This document shows positions 7,012 through 16,730 of a stretch of 30,891 nucleotides of DNA, one piece after another. This DNA is from a candidate division WOR-3 bacterium. Lineage in GTDB: Bacteria; Hydrothermota; Tepidihabitantia; Tepidihabitantales; Tepidihabitantaceae. Positions within the stretch are counted from its first letter, which is position 1. The number at the start of each line of letters is the position of its first letter. The notes beneath the pieces were generated by a model. That model saw nothing but the letters and a program-made list of their open reading frames with translations. It did no database searches and was not told the DNA's origin. The translations under genes and the position numbers were made by a program. The stretch lies in NCBI GenBank assembly GCA_965649295.1, contig CBFGKH010000015.1, positions 1-30,891 on the forward strand, written 5' to 3'.

Positions 7012-8340
7012 ATGGCTGCCGGCTGCCGCAAGCTGGAACTCTATCCGTGGCAGTTCGACGCATTGCGCCGGTTCAACAGGACAATCCTGCAGGACGGCAC
7101 GGTGCGCCGGTTCTTTGCCGCCTTCTGCGGCACAGGCGCGGGCAAGAGCCGGTTTGGCTCTGTCTGGTCGTTGGTGACTCATCAGCGCATTGCAGCCGAG
7201 CTTTTGGCCGCCGGTGAAACCCGGCAGCCGCTCGGATTGATTGTCGCGCCGACCTATCGCCATCTTGAGCGATTCGCTGTCGGCGAGCTGTTGTCGGTGG
7301 TGCGCGGCACGGCCCACGCTGCACGCTACAGTCGGCACGATGGCGTCTTGGAGTTTGCGCCGGCGACCGGCGGCGGACGGGCTTACTGCGGGTCTGCCGA
7401 CCGTCCTGAGTCGCTGGAAGGGGCGCATATTGACTGGGCCTGGGTTGACGAGGCGGGTCTGACAAGCGACTTGACTTGGGCCGTCATACTGGCCCGGACG
7501 CAGATACGACTCGCGCCGGTGCTGCTCACTAGCTACTGGTATTCCCTGCAATGGTGCTACACCGAGTGGTGGCAGCGATGGCAGGCTGGCGACCCGGCAT
7601 ATGACATCGTCAACTATCCGTCGACGGCCAACCCCAAAGTGTCAAAGGCCGAGTTTGAGCGTTTGCGGCGAGTTATGGACGAGCGCCTGTTTCAGATGCG
7701 CCACGAGGGCCGGCCGGCCCGTATGGTTGGGCAAGTGTATGCCGGCGCTTGGAACCCGGCCGACCCGGTGCTTCACTGCGACGCACCGGCCGTCGGCCCG
7801 GACTGGCTGTGCTGGCTGGGCGTAGACCAAGGATATGCTCCCGACCCGTTTCACGCTGTCGTGATGGCCGAGTGTCCCGACACCGGCGTAATCTACGCCA
7901 TCGGCGAGTATCGGGCGAACGAGAAGCTCACAACCGAGAACGCTGTTGCCCTGACCCGGCTGATTGACCGGCTGGGCGTCCGGGCGCAAACCAAGCGAGC
8001 ATATGTTGACCCGGCCAACAAACAAGGGCTCGCCGACCTGCGGGCGGCTCTGCGCAGAGTCCAGCAGGCCGACCCAACCCTGCTACCGCTTGACATTGCC
8101 GTCAACCCGGCCCATAATGCGGTCGAGGCAGGCATTGAGGCCGTCTTCGAAGCGTTCAAGTCCGGCCGTCTTCGCATTGTGCGAGGCCGTTGCCCTGCGC
8201 TGGTGCGAGAGCTGGAGCTGTATCATCGAGACCCACAAGGCGACCTCGTCAAAGCGAACGACCACGGCCCGGACGCACTGCGTTACGGGCTTTACTCTTG
8301 GCGGCGACGGGCAACGCTGGCGGAGCTTGGACTTGGGTGA
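7012..8340 (+). CDS. terL: Terminase large subunit
   Basis: Walker A GTGAGKS, Walker B WAWVDEAG, nuclease GVDQG, YVDPA and NDHGPDALRY. Confidence 0.93.
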   Translation: MAAGCRKLELYPWQFDALRRFNRTILQDGTVRRFFAAFCGTGAGKSRFGSVWSLVTHQRIAAELLAAGETRQPLGLIVAPTYRHLERFAVGELLSVVRGTAHAARYSRHDGVLEFAPATGGGRAYCGSADRPESLEGAHIDWAWVDEAGLTSDLTWAVILARTQIRLAPVLLTSYWYSLQWCYTEWWQRWQAGDPAYDIVNYPSTANPKVSKAEFERLRRVMDERLFQMRHEGRPARMVGQVYAGAWNPADPVLHCDAPAVGPDWLCWLGVDQGYAPDPFHAVVMAECPDTGVIYAIGEYRANEKLTTENAVALTRLIDRLGVRAQTKRAYVDPANKQGLADLRAALRRVQQADPTLLPLDIAVNPAHNAVEAGIEAVFEAFKSGRLRIVRGRCPALVRELELYHRDPQGDLVKANDHGPDALRYGLYSWRRRATLAELGLG

Positions 8341-8351
8341 GTGAGGAGGCT

Positions 8352-10616
8352 ATGGCGAACCGATTGACCTTGTGGAAGTCGATTGCCGGACTGTTCGGGC
8401 GGCGGACGCAGAAGGTCGCTTCGACCGAGCGTGGCTGGACGACCGTCTGGGCTGACGGCCCGGTTGCGTTGGAAGGCGACGACCTCAGGACGCCGGAGCA
8501 AGCCTATCAAGTGGTGTCGTGGCTTCAGGTTGCCATCACCACAATTGCCGAGCAGGTGCAGTTGGCGCCACTGCTCATCTATCAGTCCAACCCCAGACAA
8601 TTAGTCGAGGCCGGGATTGACCCGCACCGGTTGGGTTGGGTGCGCCAAGTGGCCCTTGTCGAAAACAAGGCGCTGGCCGACAGCTTACGGCCGGCCGCCG
8701 ACCCACTGGAACTGCTCACAGACCCGCTACGGGACGGGTCAATGACTTGGAGCGACCTGATTGAGCAAATTACCGGCTGGTGGCATTTACGGGGCAGGGT
8801 TTGCCTTTGGTGTCCGCAATCGGCGGCTGGAACCGGGCCGCTGTTCATCAAGCCCTTGCCGCCAATGTTTGTCCGGGCAATCGCCGACTCGGCCGGCCGA
8901 TTGACTCACTACGAGTATCGCCACCGTGGCGGCACGGAGCTGATACCGCAGACAGAGATGGTGGAGATGCTCCGCTGGCACCCGCAATCGGGACTATTGG
9001 GGTTGTCTCCATTCGAGGCGATAATGCACTCGGCCAATGCCGACCTGCATCAAGTTCGGTGGAACGAGAATCAGGCCCGCTACGGAATGCGCCGGGACGG
9101 GTTCTTGGTCACCGACGCCGACCTGACGAGCGACGACCGTGAGAGCTTGTCCGAGACTTTTACTGCCCGCTACGGCGGTGCTGCCAATGCTCACCGCATA
9201 CCGGTGCTGTCGTCGGGTGTGCGCTGGCAGAATGTTGGGTTATCACCAAGAGAAGCTGAGTGGCTGGCGGCCCGTAAGTTCACGGCCCGAGAGATTGGCG
9301 CCATCTTCCGTGTGCCGCCGATATTTATGGGCGATTACGACCTGAGTCACTACAACATCACCGAGCAACGACGCATTCTTTGGCGCAATGCCGTTCTGCC
9401 GTTCTTGCGCCGGGTCAAACTGATGTTCGATCGGCAGTTGTTACTGAGCTGGGGCAAGGGCTACTATTGCGACTGGGACATCAGTGGAGTCGAGGAGCTG
9501 GGGCCGGAGTTGGAGAAAGCGGCGGCGACCGACGAGATTTATCTGCGCAACCGGGTATTGGCGCCGGGCGAAGTGCGTCGACGGACTTTCGGGCTGCCGG
9601 CATATCGAGGGTCGATGACCATCTACGGCAACCCGGCCGAAGTGCCGTTGGCAACCGCCGACGACATAGAACCGGCCGAAGCCGTGACGCCGGTTGGTGT
9701 CGTCAAGGCCGGCAAGTTCGCCAATCGGCATATCGTTACGGCGTCCAAGACCGACGAGCCGGTAGTTCTCTACAAGGGCCGACCGGCACGGCTGGAAGTG
9801 CCGAACCACCGGGCTGCTTTGCGGCGATATTACCGCCAGCATCAGGAATTGCTCCGGCCACAGCTCGACCGACTGGGCCGGTTGTGCCGGGCGCACACCG
9901 AGCGGATTATCAAGCGGGCGGATGCCCTGTTGGCGGACGGCGTGACCAATATCGCCGGACACCTGAGTTTGACGGAGCTGGCCGACGAGCTGGAAGAGCG
10001 GGCGCTGCCGCTTGTGCGGTCGTTTTGTCGGACTTGGGGCAATCTTGCGCTTGCCGTCGGTGAAGAACAGGAACCGGCACGGGCGGCCGGCGACACCGAG
10101 GCCAAGGGCGGGCGGCGCTTCGACATCGAAGCGTTCGAGGAGCGGGTCTTGGCGGCATTGGTAGAGGACTGGGCGAGAACGACAACCGATGTCCGTGTGC
10201 GTGAAGCGCAGGAAACGATTGACCAAATACTGACCGAAGGACTCCGGGCGAGAGAAGACCACAACGCAATCGCTGCCCGGCTGCGTGAGGTTCTCGGCAC
10301 GGAATATCGGGGCGAGATGGCCAGTCGCACGCTGTTGACCGGTGCAAGCGAGGCCGCTCGAGACGAGGGCTGGCGTCAGTCGGGGCGAGTGCAGGCGACC
10401 AAGTGGCTGCCGGCTTGGCCAGACGGGCGCAACCGGAGCTGGCACTTGGCGATGGAGTCGGTTGACCCGGTGCCGCTTGGCACGCCGTTTATTCTCACGC
10501 ACCCGGACGGCCGGCAGGTTCAGGCGCTCTATCCAGGCGACCCGGCCCTGCCGCTGGAAGACCGAATAAACTGCCGGTGCACAAGGCTGGCCGTGCTTGT
10601 GCCGGCGGGCGAATAG
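8352..10616 (+). CDS. HK97-type portal protein fused to a MuF/SPP1 gp7-like head morphogenesis domain
   Basis: GAGGAGG RBS; portal motifs GLSPFEA, GGAANAHRIPVL, IGAIFRVPP and EVRR; C-terminal KW...RSWH...YPGDP...INCRC. Confidence 0.88.
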   Translation: MANRLTLWKSIAGLFGRRTQKVASTERGWTTVWADGPVALEGDDLRTPEQAYQVVSWLQVAITTIAEQVQLAPLLIYQSNPRQLVEAGIDPHRLGWVRQVALVENKALADSLRPAADPLELLTDPLRDGSMTWSDLIEQITGWWHLRGRVCLWCPQSAAGTGPLFIKPLPPMFVRAIADSAGRLTHYEYRHRGGTELIPQTEMVEMLRWHPQSGLLGLSPFEAIMHSANADLHQVRWNENQARYGMRRDGFLVTDADLTSDDRESLSETFTARYGGAANAHRIPVLSSGVRWQNVGLSPREAEWLAARKFTAREIGAIFRVPPIFMGDYDLSHYNITEQRRILWRNAVLPFLRRVKLMFDRQLLLSWGKGYYCDWDISGVEELGPELEKAAATDEIYLRNRVLAPGEVRRRTFGLPAYRGSMTIYGNPAEVPLATADDIEPAEAVTPVGVVKAGKFANRHIVTASKTDEPVVLYKGRPARLEVPNHRAALRRYYRQHQELLRPQLDRLGRLCRAHTERIIKRADALLADGVTNIAGHLSLTELADELEERALPLVRSFCRTWGNLALAVGEEQEPARAAGDTEAKGGRRFDIEAFEERVLAALVEDWARTTTDVRVREAQETIDQILTEGLRAREDHNAIAARLREVLGTEYRGEMASRTLLTGASEAARDEGWRQSGRVQATKWLPAWPDGRNRSWHLAMESVDPVPLGTPFILTHPDGRQVQALYPGDPALPLEDRINCRCTRLAVLVPAGE

Positions 10617-10625
10617 GAGGACGCT

Positions 10626-11387
10626 TTGAGCAACAGTTACGCCATAGGAGTAATCGAAAAGGCTTTGTCGGTCGACGAGCCGGCCGGCATAGTGGAGCAT
10701 ATCGTGTCGTTCGAGGCCGAAGACCGGGACGGCGATATCGTTCGACTGGACGGGCTTGACTTATCGCTTTACCGGCGCAACCCGATAGTGCTGTATCTGC
10801 ACGGACTGGACCCGAAGTTCGGCACTCTGCCAATCGGCACTTCACTGAGCTTGGTGGCGGACGGGCCGAAGTTGGTTGCCAAGACCCAGTTTGCGCTCGA
10901 CCTTCCCGACCCGGAGAACCGACCTAGACTGATATTCGAGGCATACAAGGTTGGCCTGCTGCGGGGTTGGAGTATTGCCTTTGCTGTGCTGGAAGCCGAA
11001 GAACGCAAGCCGTCAAGGCCGAACGCACTGTGGCCGGGACGGGACGTCAAGCGGTCAGAGCTGCGGGAATACTCGGCCGTGCCGGTGCCGGCGAACCCGT
11101 TGGCGCTGACCGAAGCGGTCAAGTCAGGGATGGATTTGGAGCTGGTGGCTCGGTCTATCGGGCTGTTTGTGCCGACCGTTGACCAGTATCAGGCCGTCAA
11201 GAACGAGCTGGACGGGTTCAGGCGGTTGGAAGAAAAACTTGCCGAGCTCGCCAGGCAGTTGAAGACACTACAACAGGGACTTGACAACACTGACCCCGTA
11301 AGCAAGAATGCGACAGTAAATGAGGCTGCAATACCGTCACCGAAACCGGCCGCAGAGCCGGGTCGACGGTTCTGGCGTAGCCGTTGA
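10626..11387 (+). CDS. HK97-family prohead maturation protease
   Basis: AGGAGG then TTG start; DRDGDIV, NPIVLYLH, GWSIAF and LREYSAVPVPANPLA. Confidence 0.92.
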   Translation: MSNSYAIGVIEKALSVDEPAGIVEHIVSFEAEDRDGDIVRLDGLDLSLYRRNPIVLYLHGLDPKFGTLPIGTSLSLVADGPKLVAKTQFALDLPDPENRPRLIFEAYKVGLLRGWSIAFAVLEAEERKPSRPNALWPGRDVKRSELREYSAVPVPANPLALTEAVKSGMDLELVARSIGLFVPTVDQYQAVKNELDGFRRLEEKLAELARQLKTLQQGLDNTDPVSKNATVNEAAIPSPKPAAEPGRRFWRSR

Positions 11388-11410
11388 GTGGTTTGGACTA
11401 GGAGGACTAA

Positions 11411-12715
11411 ATGAGTAACAAACTGAAACTGAGAAACGGGACGGAGCTGGAAGTCGGCCCGACTATGTTCAAGGATGTCGGCGACGACTTGGTCTTCGAG
11501 GCAATCACCGATAACGCTGTGGCTGCCGTCTGTGCGGCACTCGGCATCAAGTCCGACAAGGATGGCCGACCGTCGCTGGCGGCGACGCTGGCCGGTTCCG
11601 ACCTGCTCAAAGACGCCGTGAGCGTGGCGGTGCAGGACGGCATCAAGTTGGCTGTGGCGAAGGCCGCACCGGGCGAGCCGACCCGGCCGTCGTTCACCTT
11701 TCAACAGCTGCTTCAGCATCACTGGGCCAACGACCCACGCAACCGAGTTGCCGTTGACCCGTTGCAGAAGGCGGCTCTCGAGCGGGCCGAAGCGGCTGTC
11801 AAGACCGGCTTCGACGAGGCCATCAAGACGCTGAACCTTGGCGGTGCGGCCGCCGGACTGAACCTTGTGCCGGAGTATTTCGCCACCGAGATTATCGAGT
11901 TCGCAATCGGTGCTGCTCCGACGCTCGGAATGGTCACCCGTATTCCGATGGGGTCAATGCGCAAGCTCAGCTTCCCGAGGGAGAAGTCGGCACTTTGGCT
12001 GCCCGACATCTATTGGGAGGACTACGTTGACCCGACCAAGAGCAAGACGGAAACCGCCTCGCCGGAGTTCGAGCGGGCGTCGCTGGAGCTGAAGCTCTAC
12101 TACGTCCTCTGGCAGATACCGCACGACCTACTGTTGTTTACCAACACCGCAATCAACACATTCCTGCAGACCCGGATTGCACGAGCAATCGGCCGAGAAC
12201 TGGAACGGCTTATTTGGCTGGGCAACACCAGCGCCGGCGACCCGTTCGACGGTGTCTACGAGACCAGCGGCGTGACGCCGGTTGACCTGAAGACGCCCGG
12301 CACGCTGACATTCGACGACATCATAGAGTTGGAGTTCGCAATCGAACCGGAATACTGGGCCAATGCCCGGTTCGTGCTTGGGCCGGGTGCGCTCAAGGAA
12401 ATCGCCAAGCTCAAGGACAAGAACGACAACTACATTTGGCAGGCACCGGTTGGTAATGCGCCCGGCACTATTCACGGCCGGCCCTACACCGTTACTTCTG
12501 TAATTGGCAATAATGTCGGCGGAGCGGGCTACACCTGCATCTTCTACGGCGACCCGGCGCTCTTCTTCCTGGGCGAAGGCACCTACTCTGTGAAGGTGAG
12601 CGAGGAGGTCGGGTTCAAAGAAAACGTGACTTGGTGGAAGGTTGTCGGCTACGCTGACGGCTTCCTGTCCGTGCCGGCCGGTATGGCATTCCTGCGACTG
12701 GTGCCGGTGTCGTGA
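11411..12715 (+). CDS. Major capsid protein, HK97 fold
   Basis: Follows the protease; LVPEYFATEII, LIWLGN, LKDKNDNYIWQ and TIHGRPY; N-terminal scaffold-like extension. Confidence 0.92.
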   Translation: MSNKLKLRNGTELEVGPTMFKDVGDDLVFEAITDNAVAAVCAALGIKSDKDGRPSLAATLAGSDLLKDAVSVAVQDGIKLAVAKAAPGEPTRPSFTFQQLLQHHWANDPRNRVAVDPLQKAALERAEAAVKTGFDEAIKTLNLGGAAAGLNLVPEYFATEIIEFAIGAAPTLGMVTRIPMGSMRKLSFPREKSALWLPDIYWEDYVDPTKSKTETASPEFERASLELKLYYVLWQIPHDLLLFTNTAINTFLQTRIARAIGRELERLIWLGNTSAGDPFDGVYETSGVTPVDLKTPGTLTFDDIIELEFAIEPEYWANARFVLGPGALKEIAKLKDKNDNYIWQAPVGNAPGTIHGRPYTVTSVIGNNVGGAGYTCIFYGDPALFFLGEGTYSVKVSEEVGFKENVTWWKVVGYADGFLSVPAGMAFLRLVPVS

Positions 12716-12726
12716 TGGAGGCGACG

Positions 12727-13191
12727 ATGAAGCGACTAATCGGCCTGGTTCTGTTGTTGGCGCTGGCGCTGCCGGCGCTGGCTGAATGGAAGCAGATTTC
12801 TGTCTTTACCAATCAGTCGGTTCTTGCGCAGGAAAGCATCGTCAGCAACTTCGTGCCGGTCAAGCCGTATGCTAACTTCTGGGTGAACTGTGTCATTGAG
12901 TCGCTGGCGACCGGCGGCCGCTGCACGCTGTCGGTGTCGGTGCGCTGGCGCTGGGCGACCCGTGCGCCGGGGTCAACGACCTACTACTACTCACCCTGGA
13001 GAGCGATACTCGCCGACTCATTGACCGTTCATCAGACGCTTTACTGGGCGCCACTGACGGGTGCGAGTTCGGGCGGCTTGGCTCAGGACACCATCGTCGG
13101 AATGGCGACCGACTTGCAGTTTTTGGTGTTTGGGCGAGGCACAAACGACTCGACAAGAGTCGCTCGGCTGTGGCTCAACCGGCTCTACTAG
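12727..13191 (+). CDS. Beta-rich protein with a Sec-type signal peptide
   Basis: GGAGG then ATG12727; MKRLIGLVLLLALALPALA-EW. Confidence 0.7.
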   Translation: MKRLIGLVLLLALALPALAEWKQISVFTNQSVLAQESIVSNFVPVKPYANFWVNCVIESLATGGRCTLSVSVRWRWATRAPGSTTYYYSPWRAILADSLTVHQTLYWAPLTGASSGGLAQDTIVGMATDLQFLVFGRGTNDSTRVARLWLNRLY

Positions 13192-13210
13192 GCAGGTGCA
13201 ACAGTGAGGC

Positions 13211-13323
13211 ACAGGGCGGCCCGCTGGACGGCCCAGTGTGAGCATACCGCCCTGTTGACAGGCTCAGCGTGCGACATCAAGCCGGGCGGGGTGCGGTTCT
13301 GGCTCTGTCCGGCTTGGTGTCGC
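13211..13323 (+). other. Structured intergenic RNA-like region (two hairpins)
   Basis: ACAGGGCGG/CCGCCCTGT stem, and a 21-bp stem 13271-13291/13303-13323 whose four non-Watson-Crick positions are all G-U on the + strand. Confidence 0.55.
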
Positions 13324-13342
13324 CGGCTACCGGAGGACGACA

Positions 13343-13882
13343 ATGCCGACACCGGACAACAGGCTGGTGACCCTGACGCAGGTGCGTCGATTGGCGCCAC
13401 AAGTAGAGGACACAGACCGCTGGAATGCGGCGCTGGACGCTGCGCTGGCGGCTGCCGACGCCTATTGTGGGCAACCGCTACTGCGACATTCGGTCACTGG
13501 TGAGCGGAGCGAAACTTGCGCCGGACGGCTTTTCTTCCGGCACCGGCCGATCATATCGGTTCAACGGTTGTTGGTGGACGGTGCCGAGCTGGACGCTGCC
13601 GACTTCCCGGTTTGGGCCGAGCGCTACCTTGACCTGAGCGAAGTTGTCGGCACGACCCGGCCGGCACTGGTGGAAGTGGACTACACCGCCGGCTGGCAGG
13701 CGGGTGAAGCTCCGGCCAACCTGCGGCTGGCGATTGCGCTGCTGACAGTCAAGAACGAGGGCCTGACCCTTATCGGGCCGGTGGACAGCGAGTCAAGCGG
13801 CGGCGAGACGACAACCTACACCGCCACACCTTACCGTGACGCTCACCGACTTCTCGATGCCTACAAGGCTTGGCGGGCGTAA
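13343..13882 (+). CDS. Head-tail connector (gp6-like adaptor)
   Basis: LVTLTQVRR, AADAYCGQPL, VEVDYTAGW..APANLRLAI and LLDAYK; position after the capsid genes. Confidence 0.82.
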   Translation: MPTPDNRLVTLTQVRRLAPQVEDTDRWNAALDAALAAADAYCGQPLLRHSVTGERSETCAGRLFFRHRPIISVQRLLVDGAELDAADFPVWAERYLDLSEVVGTTRPALVEVDYTAGWQAGEAPANLRLAIALLTVKNEGLTLIGPVDSESSGGETTTYTATPYRDAHRLLDAYKAWRA

Positions 13883-14253
13883 TGCGGCAATACTTGGTCA
13901 ACGCTATCGTCAGCCTTTGGCGAGACGGCCCGACGGTCGTCACGAGCCGGGTGCGCCGACAAAAGCGGTCTAAGCCGCTGTTGAGCGGCGTCCGGGCCGC
14001 AATACAAGAACCGTCCGTGCGAGAGCGAGACAGTCTGCTGGGCCGCTTCCCCGATGTCGAGTGGCGGGTGTTGACGCCGGGCTACTGGACGGTTCTGCCG
14101 GACGACCTGATAGAAGTCGTCAAGGTTGTTCGACGCCAACACCGGTTCGGTCACCTTGCCGGGCTTTGGCTTCGGGTTCGGCAGGTGGACAACACCCACG
14201 CCGGCGCTGTTGCTTACGCCGTCGCCGACCCAACAGAAGGCAGGACTTGCTGA
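13882..14253 (+). CDS. Putative head closure/stopper protein
   Basis: TAATG coupling; size and synteny. Confidence 0.5.
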   Translation: MRQYLVNAIVSLWRDGPTVVTSRVRRQKRSKPLLSGVRAAIQEPSVRERDSLLGRFPDVEWRVLTPGYWTVLPDDLIEVVKVVRRQHRFGHLAGLWLRVRQVDNTHAGAVAYAVADPTEGRTC

Positions 14254-14855
14254 TGGCTACCGTCAAGCTCGCTACTTCGACCAAGTGGCCGGCCCGGAGT
14301 GCGTCCGGCTGGGTCAACCCGGCGGCGGCGGTCGAGGCCGTCCGGTCAAAGCTGGTGACTTGGCTGGCCGATGTCGCCGAGGAAGGCGCGAATTACGACC
14401 GTCAAGAACTGCCAGTCAACACCGGGCAGACCCGGAGCTGGGTCAATGCGGCGGTAAATGTCGAGAAGTTGCGGGCGGCGCACGGAATTATCCGTAACGG
14501 CAAGGCCGCCGGCCCGGTGCCAACGCACGCCGCTATGATAGAGGCGGGCATTACCGGGCACCGTGTTAGCCTGAGGCACACCGGCATCAGGAATTGGATT
14601 GTCCGGGCCATCAAGCGGCCGGTCGAGAAGACTACGACGGGCCGCTGGTTCTGGCGACCCAAGCCACGAGGCCGGCCACTGTTTTACCTGCCGACTTGGT
14701 ATCGAGTTGACTATCCGGGCCGCAAAGGGCCACGCCGAGAGCTGCGAGGCGGGCGGGTTGCCATTCCTTGGCTGAGCCGGGCGCAAAAGCGACTGCTGCC
14801 GTTTGCCCGGCGGCGGTTGAGGGAGCTGGGCGTGACTGCACGGAGACCCCAGTGA
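14253..14855 (+). CDS. HK97 gp10-like neck/tail completion protein
   Basis: PVNTGQTRS and HAAMIEAG motifs; basic composition; TGATG coupling. Confidence 0.65.
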   Translation: MATVKLATSTKWPARSASGWVNPAAAVEAVRSKLVTWLADVAEEGANYDRQELPVNTGQTRSWVNAAVNVEKLRAAHGIIRNGKAAGPVPTHAAMIEAGITGHRVSLRHTGIRNWIVRAIKRPVEKTTTGRWFWRPKPRGRPLFYLPTWYRVDYPGRKGPRRELRGGRVAIPWLSRAQKRLLPFARRRLRELGVTARRPQ

Positions 14856-15400
14856 AGCAGACGCCGTTACCGCCGTTTACCGCCGAGCTATTGGACAGCG
14901 TCAAGGCGGCGCTGACCGAGAAAGCGACCAAGCGCTGGCGACTGTTTGACTGCTTGACTGGTGACGCACTAGACACGGCGACCGGCCCGGAGCTACTCCG
15001 GCGCCTCAAAGGCGGCCGGGTTATGGCACTGGTTGGGTTGCCCACCGGCTCGGTGACGCTGCCGTTCACGGAGTCGCACACCACACAGACGGCCGAGTAT
15101 GCCATCAAGATATTGTTGGCAATGCGCCGAGAACGGACAAGTGACACTTGGCCGCTACGGATTGAGTTGGGCGGCTGGTTGGCGGCGGCGATGAAGGACT
15201 GGGCGGCGACCCTGATGCGCTCACCGCATACCGACCGAGCTATTTGTCCGAACGGTGCGCCGCTGTTTCGGCTGGCAGCGGCGCAGGTGACAGAAATCAG
15301 TTACCGGCCGGAATTAGGTGACGGCGACATCGTGGCCGGGCTTTTGTGCGTGGCCGTAACCGTTGCCGTCGAGACCGAGTTTGACAAGCAGGAGGACTAA
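14852..15400 (+). CDS. Putative tail terminator protein
   Basis: GTGA overlap; synteny after the gp10-like gene. Confidence 0.5.
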   Translation: MKQTPLPPFTAELLDSVKAALTEKATKRWRLFDCLTGDALDTATGPELLRRLKGGRVMALVGLPTGSVTLPFTESHTTQTAEYAIKILLAMRRERTSDTWPLRIELGGWLAAAMKDWAATLMRSPHTDRAICPNGAPLFRLAAAQVTEISYRPELGDGDIVAGLLCVAVTVAVETEFDKQED

Positions 15401-16176
15401 TGCTGGACATCACGACCTTTCACGAGTATGTCGACAACATCGCTTATACCGCCGGGTTGTTGGAAGCGGTAATCGGCGACACAAGCAATCCGACATCAAT
15501 CAAGGGCTGTATTCAGGCCCAGCAGGACAGGACGCAGGCGTTGGCGGACGCTTCGCTGGAAGGGCCGCTTCTGGAAGCGCTGAGGACGGCCCTGACGGTG
15601 GAAGTGCCGTCAGTTCGCAACACCATACAGGCCGCTTTCGCTCGAGCATTGGTGGACGCCATTGAGCGAGAAACCGGAAGGCCCGCCTCTGAATGGTATG
15701 AGGGAGTGCGGAGTGTTGGCGACCGAGTGCCGGCAGAGTTCAAGTGGGCGCTGGAAAATGCCGGTGCCAGCTGGCCGGCTCAATTCACTCAACCGCCAGC
15801 CGGCACGGTTCTCGGTTCTCAGAAGGCACCGGGTTCGTCTTTGACGCTTGCGTTGGACGACGAGCCGATTGACACCAACGCTTACGGCGGCGGCAGCGTG
15901 GAAATTATCGTGACCGGCGATATCGTGATGTCGGCCGGTTTTGGCGCCACGCTGGCGGTGGTGATTACGGGCGAGCAGGCAGGCGGCGGGGTTGTTACCG
16001 GTTCGGCGACAATCACGCACGGCGACACCGCCGGGACGGTCATCACCGTGACCGTATCGCCGTCTGTTGCCAAATTCGTGAGGGCAACAAATATCGTTTG
16101 CACGCCGTCATCCGGCACTTGGACAAGCGGCAGTTTCGAGCTGCGCACCAAATACGACCGAGCGCCGGCGGCGTAA
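15400..16176 (+). CDS. Putative virion structural protein (helical N-half, Thr/Gly/Val-rich beta C-half)
   Basis: AGGAGG RBS, TAATG coupling; lies within the tail operon. Confidence 0.6.
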   Translation: MLDITTFHEYVDNIAYTAGLLEAVIGDTSNPTSIKGCIQAQQDRTQALADASLEGPLLEALRTALTVEVPSVRNTIQAAFARALVDAIERETGRPASEWYEGVRSVGDRVPAEFKWALENAGASWPAQFTQPPAGTVLGSQKAPGSSLTLALDDEPIDTNAYGGGSVEIIVTGDIVMSAGFGATLAVVITGEQAGGGVVTGSATITHGDTAGTVITVTVSPSVAKFVRATNIVCTPSSGTWTSGSFELRTKYDRAPAA

Positions 16177-16189
16177 CCGAGGAGGAGTG

Positions 16190-16708
16190 ATGCCAAGACC
16201 AGAGCATAAAAATGCCCTACTCAAACTGCAGGGCGGGGCGACATTGCAGTGGGGAACGACAGTCATCGGCGAGTCGGCCGACGGGCTTACCATAGAGGTG
16301 GCGGAAGACTCAACGCTGTGGAATAAGGCCGACCAGATTGCCGGCGCAACCGGGCGGTTCGGGTTCGATGTGTCCGTCACCGTCCGGGCAAACTTAGAGC
16401 GGTTCACTGCCGAAAACTTGGCGCTGGCACTGGGCGGTTCGGTTCAACGCTCGGCCAATACCGAGACAGTAGAAATCAAAGCGCCGGGACTCCATCCGCA
16501 GGGCCGGTTCGTTGCCTACGGCACAAGAGCCGACGGCACCAAAGTTCGCTTGGTGCTGGAAGCTTGCTCAGTGCAGGGCGGGTTCTCGACGACTTGGGCG
16601 AAATCGGCACCGGCCGTTATTCCGGTAGTGTTCGAAGGCTACGTCACCGAAACAACCGGCCGAGTTGGCTATTTTGTCTTTGGCGAAGAGCCGAGTTCAA
16701 ACACGTAG
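16190..16708 (+). CDS. Major tail tube protein
   Basis: IGESADGLTIEV...ADQ...VTVRANLERFTAENLALALGG and IPVVFEGY are typical of siphophage tube proteins. Confidence 0.75.
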   Translation: MPRPEHKNALLKLQGGATLQWGTTVIGESADGLTIEVAEDSTLWNKADQIAGATGRFGFDVSVTVRANLERFTAENLALALGGSVQRSANTETVEIKAPGLHPQGRFVAYGTRADGTKVRLVLEACSVQGGFSTTWAKSAPAVIPVVFEGYVTETTGRVGYFVFGEEPSSNT

Positions 16709-16730
16709 ACCGTGGTAACAGGGAGAGAGT

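Noticed and set aside
8190..8351. Extended starts in the ORF track (259, 1560, 3440, 8190, 14061, 16949, 22764, 26595)
   Set aside because: Downstream starts with SDs or stop/start overlaps fit better and avoid long overlaps.
13255..13283. TTGACA as a promoter
   Set aside because: No plausible -10 box at 16-18 nt.
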